A DNA stretch of 64,000 nucleotides, taken from Bacteroidales bacterium. GTDB lineage: Bacteria; Bacteroidota; Bacteroidia; Bacteroidales; UBA932. The translations under genes and the position numbers were made by a program. The first letter of the stretch is position 1; each line of letters starts with the position of its first letter. Shown one piece after another: positions 18,781-27,908 of this stretch. The stretch is from NCBI GenBank assembly GCA_017428245.1, contig JAFRRF010000020.1:6421-70420 (forward strand), in the 5' to 3' direction. Below the pieces are notes generated by a model, which made no database searches, was not told the DNA's origin, and saw only the letters and a program-made list of their open reading frames with translations.

Positions 18781-19116
18781 GGCAAGCTATTCTGTCGCGC
18801 CGCCCTCGGGCGGTGAGGAAAGTCCGGACAGCGCAGAGCGCCTCCCTGTGGAAAGCACAGATGGGTGAAAGTTCATGGAGCGCGTAACAGAAAACAACCG
18901 CCGGTTTAGCTCGGACTTGATCCGGGTCCGGCAAGGGTGAAAACGCGGGGTAAGAGCCCACGACCGGCGTCGGCGACGCCGCCGGGGTACGCACCGGAGG
19001 GCTGCAAGGCCAAATATATCGGCGTCTGAGGGCTGCTCGCCCGAGCCGAGGGGTAGGCTGCATCAGATAAATGACAGAAGCCCGCAAGGGTACAGAATCC
19101 GGCTTACCGGCTTGCC
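18781..19116 (+). ncRNA. rnpB: RNase P RNA (bacterial type A)
   Basis: Universally conserved GAGGAAAGUCCGGAC (18815-18829), ACAGAAAACA, GGUAAGAGCCCACGA and ACAGAAUCCGGCUUA segments. The 5' ggcaagc pairs with the 3' gcttgcc (P1), and a T6 run follows. Ends are approximate (a few nt either way). Confidence 0.88.
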
Positions 19117-19128
19117 TTTTTTTAGAAT

Positions 19129-19983
19129 ATGAAACGCATTCTCATACTCCTCAGCGCCCTTCTCGGGCTTGTTTTCAACGCTTCCGCCTATGAAAAGGGC
19201 GATGCGCGCTTCACGCAGAAAGACGTGGAGAATTTCAACGAAGTGATGGACCTCGTGGCCGGCGACCGCGACCTGCCCCTCAGCGAACTGGTCATCAAGG
19301 TGGCCAAGCATTTCCTCGGCACCCCGTATGTGGCCGGCACGCTGGAAATCGAACCCGAACGGCTGACGGTCAACACCCGCGAAACCGACTGCATCCTCTT
19401 CGTGGAAATGTGCCTGGCCCTGTCCCTGACCGCCAAGGACGCGGAGCCGACCTTCGACAAATATGTGGACAACCTCCGCAAGCTCCGTTACCGCAACGGC
19501 AAGGTCGACGGCTACGCCTCCCGCCTGCACTACACCTCCGAATGGATCATCCAGGGCACAACGCGCGGCATCTTCCGCGAAGTGAGCCGGGAATGCGGCG
19601 GATCGCCCCTCGACCAGAAGTTCAACTTCATGTCGAATCATCCGGCTTCCTACAAGCAGCTCAAGGACAATCCGAAAAACGTGGCCAAGATCCGCGCCGC
19701 CGAGCAGAACCTCGAAACCTGGGACTACTGGTATATTCCCAAAGCCGATCTGCCGAAGTGCATCAAAAACATCAAGACGGGCGACATCATCGGATTCAAC
19801 AGTTCCACGCCCGGCCTGGACATCGCCCACGTGGCCTACGCCTACTGGGAAGGCGACACCCTGACCTTCATCCACGCCTCCTACAGCGACAAACAAGTGG
19901 TCATCAACAAAAAGCCGCTGGTGGAATACACCAACGGCATCAAAGCGCACAACGGCCTGCGGGTCGTCCGCCTGGCCGATTGA
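19129..19983 (+). CDS. DUF1460 domain protein (amidase-like fold)
   Basis: Signal peptide, then HFLGTPYVAGTLEIEPERLTVNTRETDCILFVEMCLAL, typical of DUF1460. Confidence 0.7.
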   Translation: MKRILILLSALLGLVFNASAYEKGDARFTQKDVENFNEVMDLVAGDRDLPLSELVIKVAKHFLGTPYVAGTLEIEPERLTVNTRETDCILFVEMCLALSLTAKDAEPTFDKYVDNLRKLRYRNGKVDGYASRLHYTSEWIIQGTTRGIFREVSRECGGSPLDQKFNFMSNHPASYKQLKDNPKNVAKIRAAEQNLETWDYWYIPKADLPKCIKNIKTGDIIGFNSSTPGLDIAHVAYAYWEGDTLTFIHASYSDKQVVINKKPLVEYTNGIKAHNGLRVVRLAD

Positions 19984-19984
19984 G

Positions 19985-20374
19985 CTAATATACCCTTCGA
20001 TAACGGCGGTGGGCATCGAATGAGGCCCACCGTTCGTATTGGGCCTGTGTAAGCACGTTGCGATACTTGCGTTCCGTACGGTTTTCAAGTCGCATCAGGT
20101 CTTCCCGCATCTGGGCGGGATTGCGGTGCGTCCTGTTCTGGAGGTTACGCAGCTGACGCTTGTGGAAGCGGTAGATCCTGTTGAACTGCTGCGGCGTGAG
20201 TCTCACCAGTCCGTCGAGACGGACAGTCTGATTGTAGGCTGTGGTTTCCGGATCCTGAATTTCGACGGCCGGAACTTGCGGACGGTGTCTGTTGTCGTGT
20301 CCCCGTCCCCTCGGCTGCGCGTAGGCGGTCAGAGCCAGTACGAGCGCCATCGTAATCGTCAAAAACCGTTTCAT
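19985..20374 (-). CDS. Small periplasmic protein with two LTXXQ motifs (Spy/CpxP-like)
   Basis: Signal peptide (ALTAYAQ), a basic helical sequence, and LTPQQ and LTQAQ motifs. Confidence 0.5.
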   Translation of the reverse strand: MKRFLTITMALVLALTAYAQPRGRGHDNRHRPQVPAVEIQDPETTAYNQTVRLDGLVRLTPQQFNRIYRFHKRQLRNLQNRTHRNPAQMREDLMRLENRTERKYRNVLTQAQYERWASFDAHRRYRRVY

Positions 20375-20418
20375 GGCAATGTTTGTTAAAAAAAATTTTT
20401 TCTTTTCTCTCTTTTGAC

Positions 20419-20426
20419 TATTTTTG
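20419..20426 (+). promoter_or_regulatory. Candidate -7 box (TATTTTTG) for tRNA-Thr
   Basis: Matches TAnnTTTG, about 38 nt upstream of the mature tRNA 5' end. Confidence 0.45.
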
Positions 20427-20463
20427 CAGTCCCAAGTTTAAACCAGACAGGTTCAAACATCAA

Positions 20464-20536
20464 GCCACTTTAGCTCAGTCGGTAGAGCAGCGCATTCGTA
20501 ACGCGCAGGTCGGCAGTCCGAGTCTGCCAAGTGGCT
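20464..20536 (+). tRNA. tRNA-Thr (anticodon CGT)
   Basis: Hand-folded cloverleaf. Acceptor GCCACTT/AAGTGGC. D arm GCTC-AGTCGGTA-GAGC. Anticodon arm GCGCA-TTCGTAA-CGCGC. Variable loop AGGTC. T arm GGCAG-TCCGAGT-CTGCC. Discriminator T. CCA is not encoded. Confidence 0.85.
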
Positions 20537-20540
20537 CAAG

Positions 20541-20582
20541 AAAAAAAAGAGAGGTTCGCGAGTTGCGAACCTCTCTTTTTTT
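20541..20582. terminator. Bidirectional intrinsic terminator
   Basis: A 12-bp perfect stem (agagaggttcgc 20548-20559 / gcgaacctctct 20565-20576) is flanked by A8 on the left and T6 on the right. It lies between the convergent tRNA-Thr and the rpmB-rpmG-DUF4295 operon. Confidence 0.85.
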
Positions 20583-20599
20583 CAAGTACCTACTCTTTA

Positions 20600-20758
20600 T
20601 TATTTCTTGAAGTAGTCGGCCACCTCGTCGGTGGGAACCAGTTCTTCCTGGAACTGATAGGCACCGGTGCGCTCAGATTTGACCATCTTGATGCACTTGA
20701 CCACATTCTTCAGCGAGGACTTGTCCCCGGAGAACGTTGCGACAGCTTTCTTTGCCAT
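20600..20758 (-). CDS. DUF4295-like small protein (52 aa), not in the supplied ORF track
   Basis: My translation is MAKKAVATFSGDKSSLKNVVKCIKMVKSERTGAYQFQEELVPTDEVADYFKK. It sits directly downstream of rpmG, where Bacteroidota typically encode DUF4295. Confidence 0.7.
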   Translation of the reverse strand: MAKKAVATFSGDKSSLKNVVKCIKMVKSERTGAYQFQEELVPTDEVADYFKK

Positions 20759-20781
20759 AGTATAATAAAGTTAAAAGGTGC

Positions 20782-20964
20782 TTACTTGATTTCCTTGTGA
20801 ACCGTGTAGCGCTTCAGGTACGGATTGTACTTCTTAAGTTCCATACGCTCGCTCGTGTTCTTCTTGTTCTTGGTCGTGATATACCGGGAAATGCCGGGAA
20901 CACCGCTTTCTCTCTGTTCGGTGCATTCGAGGATCACCTGAACTCTGTTACCTTTCTTTGCCAT
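20782..20964 (-). CDS. rpmG: 50S ribosomal protein L33
   Basis: [16 protein letters not shown]...[21 protein letters not shown] is an L33 sequence. Confidence 0.95.
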   Translation of the reverse strand: MAKKGNRVQVILECTEQRESGVPGISRYITTKNKKNTSERMELKKYNPYLKRYTVHKEIK

Positions 20965-20976
20965 ATCCGTAAAAAA

Positions 20977-21219
20977 TTAAACGATGTTGATCAAACCTTT
21001 CTCCCGGGAAACCTTCAGGGTCTCGGCAAGACCGTTCTTGTAGATGGTCTTCATACCCTTGCAGGACACTTTCAGGGTCACGAAACGCTGTTCCTCTTCC
21101 AGCCAGAAACGCTTGGTCTTGAGGTTCGGGGCGAATTCGCGTTTAGTACGTCTCTTCGAGTGGGAAACATTGTTTCCAATCACCCGTTTTTTTCCTGTAA
21201 CTTGACAAACTCGTGCCAT
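20977..21219 (-). CDS. rpmB: 50S ribosomal protein L28
   Basis: MARVCQVTGKKRVIGNNVSHSKRRTKREFAPNL is the L28 N-terminus. Confidence 0.95.
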   Translation of the reverse strand: MARVCQVTGKKRVIGNNVSHSKRRTKREFAPNLKTKRFWLEEEQRFVTLKVSCKGMKTIYKNGLAETLKVSREKGLINIV

Positions 21220-21316
21220 TGGTGTATCTTTTTTTATTTTCTATTTTTCAAAGGGGCTGCAAATATCTTGATTTTTATTCAAAAAACCAAATATTATTTT
21301 CCAATTACTTATTCAT

Positions 21317-22663
21317 TTACAAAAACTTCAGCAACCTGTTCCAGCGGATGTTGCGCGGGAATTTTCCATTCGCGTCGGTCGACATCCAGATCACTCGGGG
21401 CTTGCCGACGATGTGGTCTTCGGGAACGAATCCCCAGTAACGGGAATCCAGCGAATTGTGGCGGTTGTCACCCATCATGAAGTAGTAATCCATCTTGAAA
21501 GTGTAGGTGTCGGTCGCTTCGCCATTGATGACGAACCCTCCGTCTTCTTTCACCTCAAGGGTATTGCCTTCATACACTTCGATGATGCGGCGATAGAGCG
21601 GCAGATTGTCGGCGGTCAGCTGCACAGACTCCCCCTTTGCCGGAATCCAGAGCGGGCCGTAATTATCGCGGGTCCAACCCGTTTCCACGAAGGGGAAGAG
21701 CATAAGCTCCGAATCGGGATAATCGGGCGGGAACACGTCGACATTCTGCTCGACACTTACCACGTTTGCCAAAGTCTTGATCTTTTCAAGCCGTTCGTCG
21801 GTCAGGGGCAGGGCCGGATAGCCCGGCAGCGACTGGCTGTACCAGACTTCCGACACATTGAATCCCATATCCCTCAGGACGACAGGATTGATAGCGGAAC
21901 CGCTGGTAACGACCTGCCAGGTATTCTGGATGCCCGGATAACGTTCCTGCGGAACACCGTTCACCCAAACCCAACCGTCAACGACTGAAAGCGTGTCGCC
22001 GGCCACCGCGACACAACGCTTCACATAGTGGTCCTTCTTGTCCACGGGACGGACTTTCAACGGCCCGTACGTCTTCTCGGCGTATTCACGCGAAGTCATC
22101 CGAACGTGCGTATAATAGTCCTCGGCCGGTGCCTTTGTCAGCACGGTATCTCCGTGCGGGAAGGAGAACACGACATAATCGTCGCGCTTCACATGACCGA
22201 ATCCCTTGATGCGTTTGTATCCGTATTGCAGGGCAGTCGAATAACTGTCCTTGCCGGAACCGGGCATCGTATTGTGGACGAAAGGAACGGAAAGCGGTGT
22301 CTGCGGCAGTTTGGGGCCATAGGCCGTCTTGCCGACAAACAGATAATCACCCGTCAACAGGGAACTCTCCATCGAGGAGGAAGGAATCTTGAAAGCCTGG
22401 AAGAAGAAGATGTTGATGAAGGTCACGACCACGACGGCGAAGATGATGGCATCGAGCCATCCCAACGCCACCTTGAGGCCGCGGTGCCTTTCGGAGATCT
22501 TACCGATCCAAGCCTTCAGGCGCCGGCTCACGCAGAACTCGAAAACCACCGGGAGGCCCAGGAGCCACCACCAGTTTCCGTGCCACGCGACCCAAAGCAC
22601 GTAAAGTGCAGCCCAGAAAATGAACCGCACCCAAGATTTCATATTTGTTCCCCGGACGTTCAA
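21317..22663 (-). CDS. lepB: Signal peptidase I
   Basis: S26 motifs IPSSSMESSLLTGDYLFV and GDNRHNSLDSRYWGFVPEDHIVGK. The start could instead be the Met 7 codons downstream. Confidence 0.9.
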   Translation of the reverse strand: MNVRGTNMKSWVRFIFWAALYVLWVAWHGNWWWLLGLPVVFEFCVSRRLKAWIGKISERHRGLKVALGWLDAIIFAVVVVTFINIFFFQAFKIPSSSMESSLLTGDYLFVGKTAYGPKLPQTPLSVPFVHNTMPGSGKDSYSTALQYGYKRIKGFGHVKRDDYVVFSFPHGDTVLTKAPAEDYYTHVRMTSREYAEKTYGPLKVRPVDKKDHYVKRCVAVAGDTLSVVDGWVWVNGVPQERYPGIQNTWQVVTSGSAINPVVLRDMGFNVSEVWYSQSLPGYPALPLTDERLEKIKTLANVVSVEQNVDVFPPDYPDSELMLFPFVETGWTRDNYGPLWIPAKGESVQLTADNLPLYRRIIEVYEGNTLEVKEDGGFVINGEATDTYTFKMDYYFMMGDNRHNSLDSRYWGFVPEDHIVGKPRVIWMSTDANGKFPRNIRWNRLLKFL

Positions 22664-22672
22664 GGCAACGGG

Positions 22673-23017
22673 TTATTTGACAGAGTTGACGATCGCTTCG
22701 AAAGCCTCAGGATTGTTCATCGCCAGGTCGGCGAGGACCTTGCGGTTGAGACCCACATTCTGCTGCGCGAGCTTACCCATGAACTGGGAATAGTTCAGTC
22801 CATGCTGGCGGGCGGCGGCGTTGATGCGGGTGATCCAGAGGGAGCGGAAGTTGCGCTTCTTGGTCTTGCGGTCGCGGTACGCATAGGTGAGACCCTTCTC
22901 GTAGGTATTCTTCGCTACGGTCCAGACATTTTTCCGGGCGAGGAAGTTACCGCGGGTTTCCTTCAAAATCTTCTTGCGGCGTGCTCTCGAGGCGACGCTA
23001 TTGACAGATCTAGGCAT
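22673..23017 (-). CDS. rplT: 50S ribosomal protein L20
   Basis: [30 protein letters not shown] is the L20 N-terminus. Confidence 0.95.
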   Translation of the reverse strand: MPRSVNSVASRARRKKILKETRGNFLARKNVWTVAKNTYEKGLTYAYRDRKTKKRNFRSLWITRINAAARQHGLNYSQFMGKLAQQNVGLNRKVLADLAMNNPEAFEAIVNSVK

Positions 23018-23033
23018 AAATTAATGGTTTTTT

Positions 23034-23078
23034 GGACGTCAGCGCCCCGGCTCGCGGGGACTTGCCGGCTGAACGTCC
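23034..23078 (-). promoter_or_regulatory. GC-rich compound hairpin in the rpmI-rplT spacer
   Basis: Outer helix ggacgtcag (23034-23042) pairs with ctg(a)acgtcc (23069-23078), with one bulged A. Inner helix is ccccg/cgggg (23045-23049 / 23055-23059). On the mRNA strand it ends 16 nt before the rplT ATG. Confidence 0.4.
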
Positions 23079-23097
23079 GGTTCAACAATAAAATGAT

Positions 23098-23292
23098 TTA
23101 CTTGACTAACAAAGCTTTGACCCGCTTCACGTCGGCCTTGTCGATCAGGGCGAAGTGATCCAGATTCCTCTTCTGCTTTTTCGTCTTCTTGGTGAGAATG
23201 TGGCTGTGATAAGCGTGTTTTCTCTTGATCTTACCCGAACCGGTGAGCGTGAAACGCTTCTTTGAACCGGTGTTGGTCTTCAATTTAGGCAT
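23098..23292 (-). CDS. rpmI: 50S ribosomal protein L35
   Basis: [36 protein letters not shown] is an L35 sequence. Confidence 0.95.
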   Translation of the reverse strand: MPKLKTNTGSKKRFTLTGSGKIKRKHAYHSHILTKKTKKQKRNLDHFALIDKADVKRVKALLVK

Positions 23293-23317
23293 AATACTAC
23301 TAATATAAAAGTTGGTG

Positions 23318-23917
23318 TTACTTTTTCTTGATCGGGGCGATCATCATGATCATCCGCTTGCCCTCCAGTTTCGGCATCTGTTCGGCCTTGCCGAATTCCT
23401 CGAGCTCAAGTGCAAAACGCAGCAACAGTTTCTCACCCTGCTCGGAGAAGAGGATCGAGCGTCCGCGGAAGAATACATAGGCCTTGACCTTGGAGCCTTC
23501 CTGCAGGAAACTCTTGGCGTGGTTGAGCTTGAACTGATAGTCGTGCTCGTCGGTCTGCGGGCCGAAACGGATTTCCTTGATGACCACCTTCGACGCATTG
23601 GCTTTCTGCTCCTTCGCCTTCTTTTTCTGCTGATAGACGAATTTCTGATAGTCAATGATCTTGCACACGGGAGGCTCGGCGTTAGGGGCGATCTCAACCA
23701 GATCCAGTTCCCGCTCCTGAGCCATCTGCAATGCCTGTGCAATCGGATAAATACCCTGTTCGGGTACATTGTCACCCACAACGCGCACGCGCGGAGCGGT
23801 GATGGCTGCGTTGATGCGGAGACCGTCGTCCTTGTCCTTGCGGTTCTGCGGCAGGCGCGGATCCGGTTTGGCGGTCGGTTTCGGTCTCGGTTTCGGGGGT
23901 CTGTAGTTCGTAGCTAT
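23318..23917 (-). CDS. infC: Translation initiation factor IF-3 (non-canonical start; ATA at 23917 or ATT at 23953)
   Basis: Conserved IF-3 sequence [18 protein letters not shown] lies upstream of the listed GTG (23788). The frame is open up to 23956 and contains no ATG, GTG or TTG there. The ATA at 23917 is preceded by aggagga with 8-nt spacing. Confidence 0.85.
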   Translation of the reverse strand: MATNYRPPKPRPKPTAKPDPRLPQNRKDKDDGLRINAAITAPRVRVVGDNVPEQGIYPIAQALQMAQERELDLVEIAPNAEPPVCKIIDYQKFVYQQKKKAKEQKANASKVVIKEIRFGPQTDEHDYQFKLNHAKSFLQEGSKVKAYVFFRGRSILFSEQGEKLLLRFALELEEFGKAEQMPKLEGKRMIMMIAPIKKK

Positions 23918-23952
23918 AGTCGTGTCCTCCTGAGTTAAATGGTTACTGAAAA

Positions 23953-25893
23953 TTATTTAAGTTCGTTTTCTATCTCTTGTTTGATATACGCAACAAAATC
24001 TGCGACCGGCATCACGCCTTTGTCTTCCCCACCCTGCTTGCGGACGGACACGGAATCCGTCGTCTGCTCCTTTTCACCGACAATCAGCAAGAAAGGCATC
24101 CGCTTGAGTTCGTTCTCGCGAATCTTCTTGCCAATCGTGACGTTACGGTCGTCAATTGAGGCGCGAATATCGTAATTATTAAGCAATTCGCAAACTTTTT
24201 TTGCAAAATCGTTGAATTTTTCACTCACGGGAAGAATCGCCACCTGATCGGGTGCAAGCCAGAGCGGAAGCTTGCCGCCGGTGTGCTCGAGCAGCACGGC
24301 CACGAAACGTTCCATCGAGCCGAACGGAGCACGGTGGATCATCACCGGACGATGCCTCTTGTCATCGGCGCCTACATATTCCAGTTCAAAGCGCTCCGGC
24401 AGGTTGTAATCCACCTGGATGGTACCGAGCTGCCAGCTGCGGCCGATGGCATCCTTCACCATGAAGTCGAGTTTCGGTCCGTAGAAAGCGGCTTCGCCGT
24501 ACTCCACCACGGTAGGCAGGCCCTTTTCGGCAGCCGCCTCGATGATGGCCGCCTCGGCCTTCTCCCAGTTCTCGTCGGAACCGATGTACTTGCTGCGGTC
24601 CACCTTGTCGCGCAGGGAAACCTGTGCCGTGTATTTGTCGAACTTGAGTGTGCGGAAAATGTAGAGCACGATATCGATGACCTTGCAGAATTCTTCTTTC
24701 AGCTGGTCGGGACGGCAGAAGAGGTGGGCGTCGTCCTGCGTGAAACCGCGCACACGGGTCAGGCCGTGCAGTTCACCGCTCTGCTCGTAGCGGTATACGG
24801 TGCCGAATTCGGCGAAGCGGAGCGGAAGGTCGCGATACGAACGCGGTTTCGACTTGTAAATCTCGCAGTGGTGCGGACAGTTCATCGGCTTGAGCAGGTA
24901 CTCCTCCCCTTCCTGCGGTGTGGTGATCGGACGGAACGAATCCTTTCCGTACTTGGCCCAGTGACCGGAAGTCACGTAGAGTTCCTTGTTTCCGATATGC
25001 GGGGTGATGACCTGCTGGTAGCCGTATTCCTTCTGCACCTTGCGCAGGAACTGTTCCAGACGTTCGCGCAGCGCGGCGCCCTTGGGCAGCCAGAGCGGCA
25101 GGCCCATGCCCACTTTCTGCGAGAAAGTGAAGAGTTCCATTTCCTTGCCGAGCTTGCGATGGTCACGCTTCTTGGCTTCTTCCAGCATGGCCAGGTACTC
25201 GTCGAGCATGCTCTTCTTGGGGAAGGTGATGCCGTAGATGCGGGTAAGCTGTTTGTTGTGCTCGTCGCCACGCCAGTAGGCACCGGCGATGGTCAGCAGC
25301 TTGACAGCTTTGATGACGGAAGTGTTGCGCAGGTGCGGACCGCGGCACAGATCGGTGAAGGCGCCGTTCCGATAGAAGGTGATCGTTCCGTCCTGCAGGT
25401 CGCCGATCAGTTCGCACTTATACTGGTCTCCCTTTTCGGTATAGGTCTTGAGCGCATCCGCTTTGGAGACGTCCGTGCGGACGAAATTCTCCCCGCTGCG
25501 GGCAAGCTCGAGCATCTTTTCTTCAATTTGTCTCAAGTCAGCTTCCACAAGCTGCCGGTCGCTCAGATCCACGTCGTAATAGAAACCGTTCTCGATGGCA
25601 GGTCCGATACCGAACTTGATGCCGGGGAACAACGATTCGAGTGCCTCGGCCATCAGGTGGCTCGACGAGTGCCAGAAAACGTTCTTTGCCTCGCGGTCCT
25701 CCCATTTGTGGAGTCTGAGTGTCGCGTCTTCCAGGATAGGGCGTTCGAGATCATAGACTTGATCGTTCACAGATGCGCACAATACATCCGCTGCGAGTCT
25801 GGGGCTGATGCCCGACGCGATCTGGTAGGCCGTCGTCCCTTTCTCGAACTCTTTGACGTTGCCGTCAGGAAATGTAATCTTGATCATAATCAC
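23953..25893 (-). CDS. thrS: Threonine--tRNA ligase
   Basis: TGS domain N-terminus ([18 protein letters not shown]), class II motifs ([24 protein letters not shown]), and a C-terminal anticodon-binding domain. Confidence 0.95.
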   Translation of the reverse strand: MIMIKITFPDGNVKEFEKGTTAYQIASGISPRLAADVLCASVNDQVYDLERPILEDATLRLHKWEDREAKNVFWHSSSHLMAEALESLFPGIKFGIGPAIENGFYYDVDLSDRQLVEADLRQIEEKMLELARSGENFVRTDVSKADALKTYTEKGDQYKCELIGDLQDGTITFYRNGAFTDLCRGPHLRNTSVIKAVKLLTIAGAYWRGDEHNKQLTRIYGITFPKKSMLDEYLAMLEEAKKRDHRKLGKEMELFTFSQKVGMGLPLWLPKGAALRERLEQFLRKVQKEYGYQQVITPHIGNKELYVTSGHWAKYGKDSFRPITTPQEGEEYLLKPMNCPHHCEIYKSKPRSYRDLPLRFAEFGTVYRYEQSGELHGLTRVRGFTQDDAHLFCRPDQLKEEFCKVIDIVLYIFRTLKFDKYTAQVSLRDKVDRSKYIGSDENWEKAEAAIIEAAAEKGLPTVVEYGEAAFYGPKLDFMVKDAIGRSWQLGTIQVDYNLPERFELEYVGADDKRHRPVMIHRAPFGSMERFVAVLLEHTGGKLPLWLAPDQVAILPVSEKFNDFAKKVCELLNNYDIRASIDDRNVTIGKKIRENELKRMPFLLIVGEKEQTTDSVSVRKQGGEDKGVMPVADFVAYIKQEIENELK

Positions 25894-25925
25894 TACAATT
25901 GATTTTTGATTTTCAGTTTAACCTA

Positions 25926-25933
25926 CAAAGATA
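25926..25933 (-). promoter_or_regulatory. Candidate -7 box (TATCTTTG) for thrS
   Basis: The reverse complement of caaagata matches TAnnTTTG, 33 nt upstream of the thrS ATG. Confidence 0.45.
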
Positions 25934-25981
25934 CATATTATATTTTAAAAAACGATATTTGCTTTTTCGGACAGGTTTCAC

Positions 25982-25989
25982 TAATTTTG
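25982..25989 (+). promoter_or_regulatory. Candidate -7 box (TAATTTTG) for the DUF1538 operon
   Basis: Matches TAnnTTTG and ends only 6 nt before the ATG at 25996. This would give a leaderless or near-leaderless mRNA. Confidence 0.4.
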
Positions 25990-25995
25990 CAAGAT

Positions 25996-27522
25996 ATGCA
26001 GAAAGCCTTGTTATTAAAACTCAAGGAAGCCCTGTCCTCCGTCCTTCCGGTCGGAGTCATCGTCCTGATTCTGTCGTTAACCCCGCTCGTCACGCTGTCG
26101 GGCCGGGAGATGACCGTATTTTGCGTCTCGGCCGCATTGTTGATCGCCGGCATCGCCCTGTTCAATCTCGGTGCCGACCTCTCGATGACGCCGATGGGGC
26201 AATTTATCGGAGAAGGACTCACAAAGAGCAAGAAAGCCAGCATTCTATTGATTGTCAGCTTCTTCATGGGGCTTCTAATTACCGTTGCAGAGCCGGATCT
26301 CTCCGTCCTGGCCGACCAGGTCAGTTCGCTGATGAATGGAACGATGCTCATCGTGACCGTCGGCCTGGGCGTTGGATTATTCCTGTTGGTCGCCGTGCTC
26401 AAAATCGTCTCCCGTGCCGACCTGACCAGCCTGCTGCTCTTCTTCTACCTCGTACTGTTCACACTGGCAACGGTACTGTTCGGAGAAGGGAAAGGCAGCC
26501 TGCTTCCCCTGTCGTTCGATTCGGGCGGCGTTACCACGGGGCCTATCACGGTGCCGTTCATCATGGCCCTCGGCGTGGGCATCGCCCTGACTGTCGGCGG
26601 CAGGCACGCCAACGAGAACAGTTTCGGCCTGATCGCCCTGTGCTCGATCGGCCCCATCATCGCCGTCATGGCGCTTTCCATCTTCTCGCAAGGGACGCTG
26701 AGTTATACCCTGCCCGACTACTCGATGGAATCGGTACTCGAGGAGGGCGTATGGCATCACGTTCTCGAAACGATGGGCGATGTGGGCAAGTCTCTGCTGC
26801 TGATCGTCGCGTTTTTCCTGCTCCTGCAGTTTACGATCCTCAAGCTCCCGAAACGGATGCTGGCAAAAATCGCAATCGGCATCCTGCTGACATTCCTGGG
26901 GCTGGTGGTCTTCCTCACATCCGTGGTGGTGGGATTCATGCCGATCGGTTTCAAGATCGGCACCCAACTGGCGGGCTACAATGAGACGCTGCTCATCGTC
27001 GTCAGTTTCATTCTCGGTTTCGTGGTGGTACTCGCCGAGCCGGCCGTTCACGTACTCAACCAGCAAGTGGAAGAAATCACCAACGGCCAGGTAACCCGGC
27101 GGCAGATGATGGCGGCCCTTTCCATAGGCGTCGGCATCTCCATCGGGCTTTCCATTATCCGGATCATTTTCAGGTTCTCCCTGCTGTACTACCTCATTCC
27201 CGGCTACCTGCTTTCGCTGGGGCTTTCCTTCTTCGTTCCGAAACTTTACACGGCCATCGCATTCGACTCCGGCGGTGTGGCCAGCGGCCCTCTGACCTCC
27301 AGTTTCATCCTTCCGTTGTCGATCGGGGCCTGCGTGGCCCTGCACTCCCAGGCCGACGTCCTTTCGCTGGCATTCGGCATCGTGGCAATGGTGGCCATGA
27401 CACCTCTGATCACCATCCAGACCCTCGGCTTCCGCTCCGTCCTCTCGAGACGGGCCCGCAGCCAGGCCGCGATGCGCAAAATCCTTGCGGCCGACGACGA
27501 ACAAATCATCTATTTCGAGTAA
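25996..27522 (+). CDS. DUF1538 family polytopic membrane protein (two tandem DUF1538-like halves)
   Basis: Start moved to MQKALLLKLKEAL (25996). The two halves share AEPDLSVLADQV / AEPAVHVLNQQV and FDSGGVTTGPITVPF / FDSGGVASGPLTSSF. Confidence 0.8.
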   Translation: MQKALLLKLKEALSSVLPVGVIVLILSLTPLVTLSGREMTVFCVSAALLIAGIALFNLGADLSMTPMGQFIGEGLTKSKKASILLIVSFFMGLLITVAEPDLSVLADQVSSLMNGTMLIVTVGLGVGLFLLVAVLKIVSRADLTSLLLFFYLVLFTLATVLFGEGKGSLLPLSFDSGGVTTGPITVPFIMALGVGIALTVGGRHANENSFGLIALCSIGPIIAVMALSIFSQGTLSYTLPDYSMESVLEEGVWHHVLETMGDVGKSLLLIVAFFLLLQFTILKLPKRMLAKIAIGILLTFLGLVVFLTSVVVGFMPIGFKIGTQLAGYNETLLIVVSFILGFVVVLAEPAVHVLNQQVEEITNGQVTRRQMMAALSIGVGISIGLSIIRIIFRFSLLYYLIPGYLLSLGLSFFVPKLYTAIAFDSGGVASGPLTSSFILPLSIGACVALHSQADVLSLAFGIVAMVAMTPLITIQTLGFRSVLSRRARSQAAMRKILAADDEQIIYFE

Positions 27523-27524
27523 CT

Positions 27525-27908
27525 ATGGCGGCAAGCAACGAATCCTACATAAAAAACATCGCTCCCGAGAAACTGGAGTTGCTCATTGCCATCGTCAATG
27601 CGCCAAAGGTCCGCTTCTACACCAACCTTATCCAGTCCTCCGAAGCCAACCTGTATCTTTCGGTACCGGCCAGCGGCACTTCGGAAAAGGCCATCATGAA
27701 CTATCTCGGTCTCAACCAGTCGAACCGCACGGCCATTTTCAGCGTCGTTCGCGAAGATAAGGTCAAAGACCTGTTGGAACTCCTCGACGAAAACTTCTCA
27801 ACGATCAAAGGCGGCGGCGGCATAGCCATCTCCGTTCCCCTCTCCAGCCTCATCGGCAAATTGGTTTACGGTTTCTTAAGCAACGACAAGCGCACAATCA
27901 AGCAATGA
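27525..27908 (+). CDS. Divergent PII-like (GlnB-fold) protein
   Basis: About 127 aa. LELLIAIVNAPKV...SVPASGT...TAIFSVVREDKVKDLLELL...GIAISVPL follows the beta-alpha-beta x2 pattern of PII-like proteins. It starts 3 nt after the DUF1538 stop. Confidence 0.55.
   Translation: MAASNESYIKNIAPEKLELLIAIVNAPKVRFYTNLIQSSEANLYLSVPASGTSEKAIMNYLGLNQSNRTAIFSVVREDKVKDLLELLDENFSTIKGGGGIAISVPLSSLIGKLVYGFLSNDKRTIKQ

Noticed and set aside
20383-20610. The listed 75-aa plus-strand ORF.
   Set aside because: It reads straight through the tRNA-Thr gene and the bidirectional terminator, so it is not coding.
23318-23788. The listed GTG start for infC (156-aa version).
   Set aside because: It would remove the conserved N-terminal [12 protein letters not shown] segment, which is encoded in frame immediately upstream.
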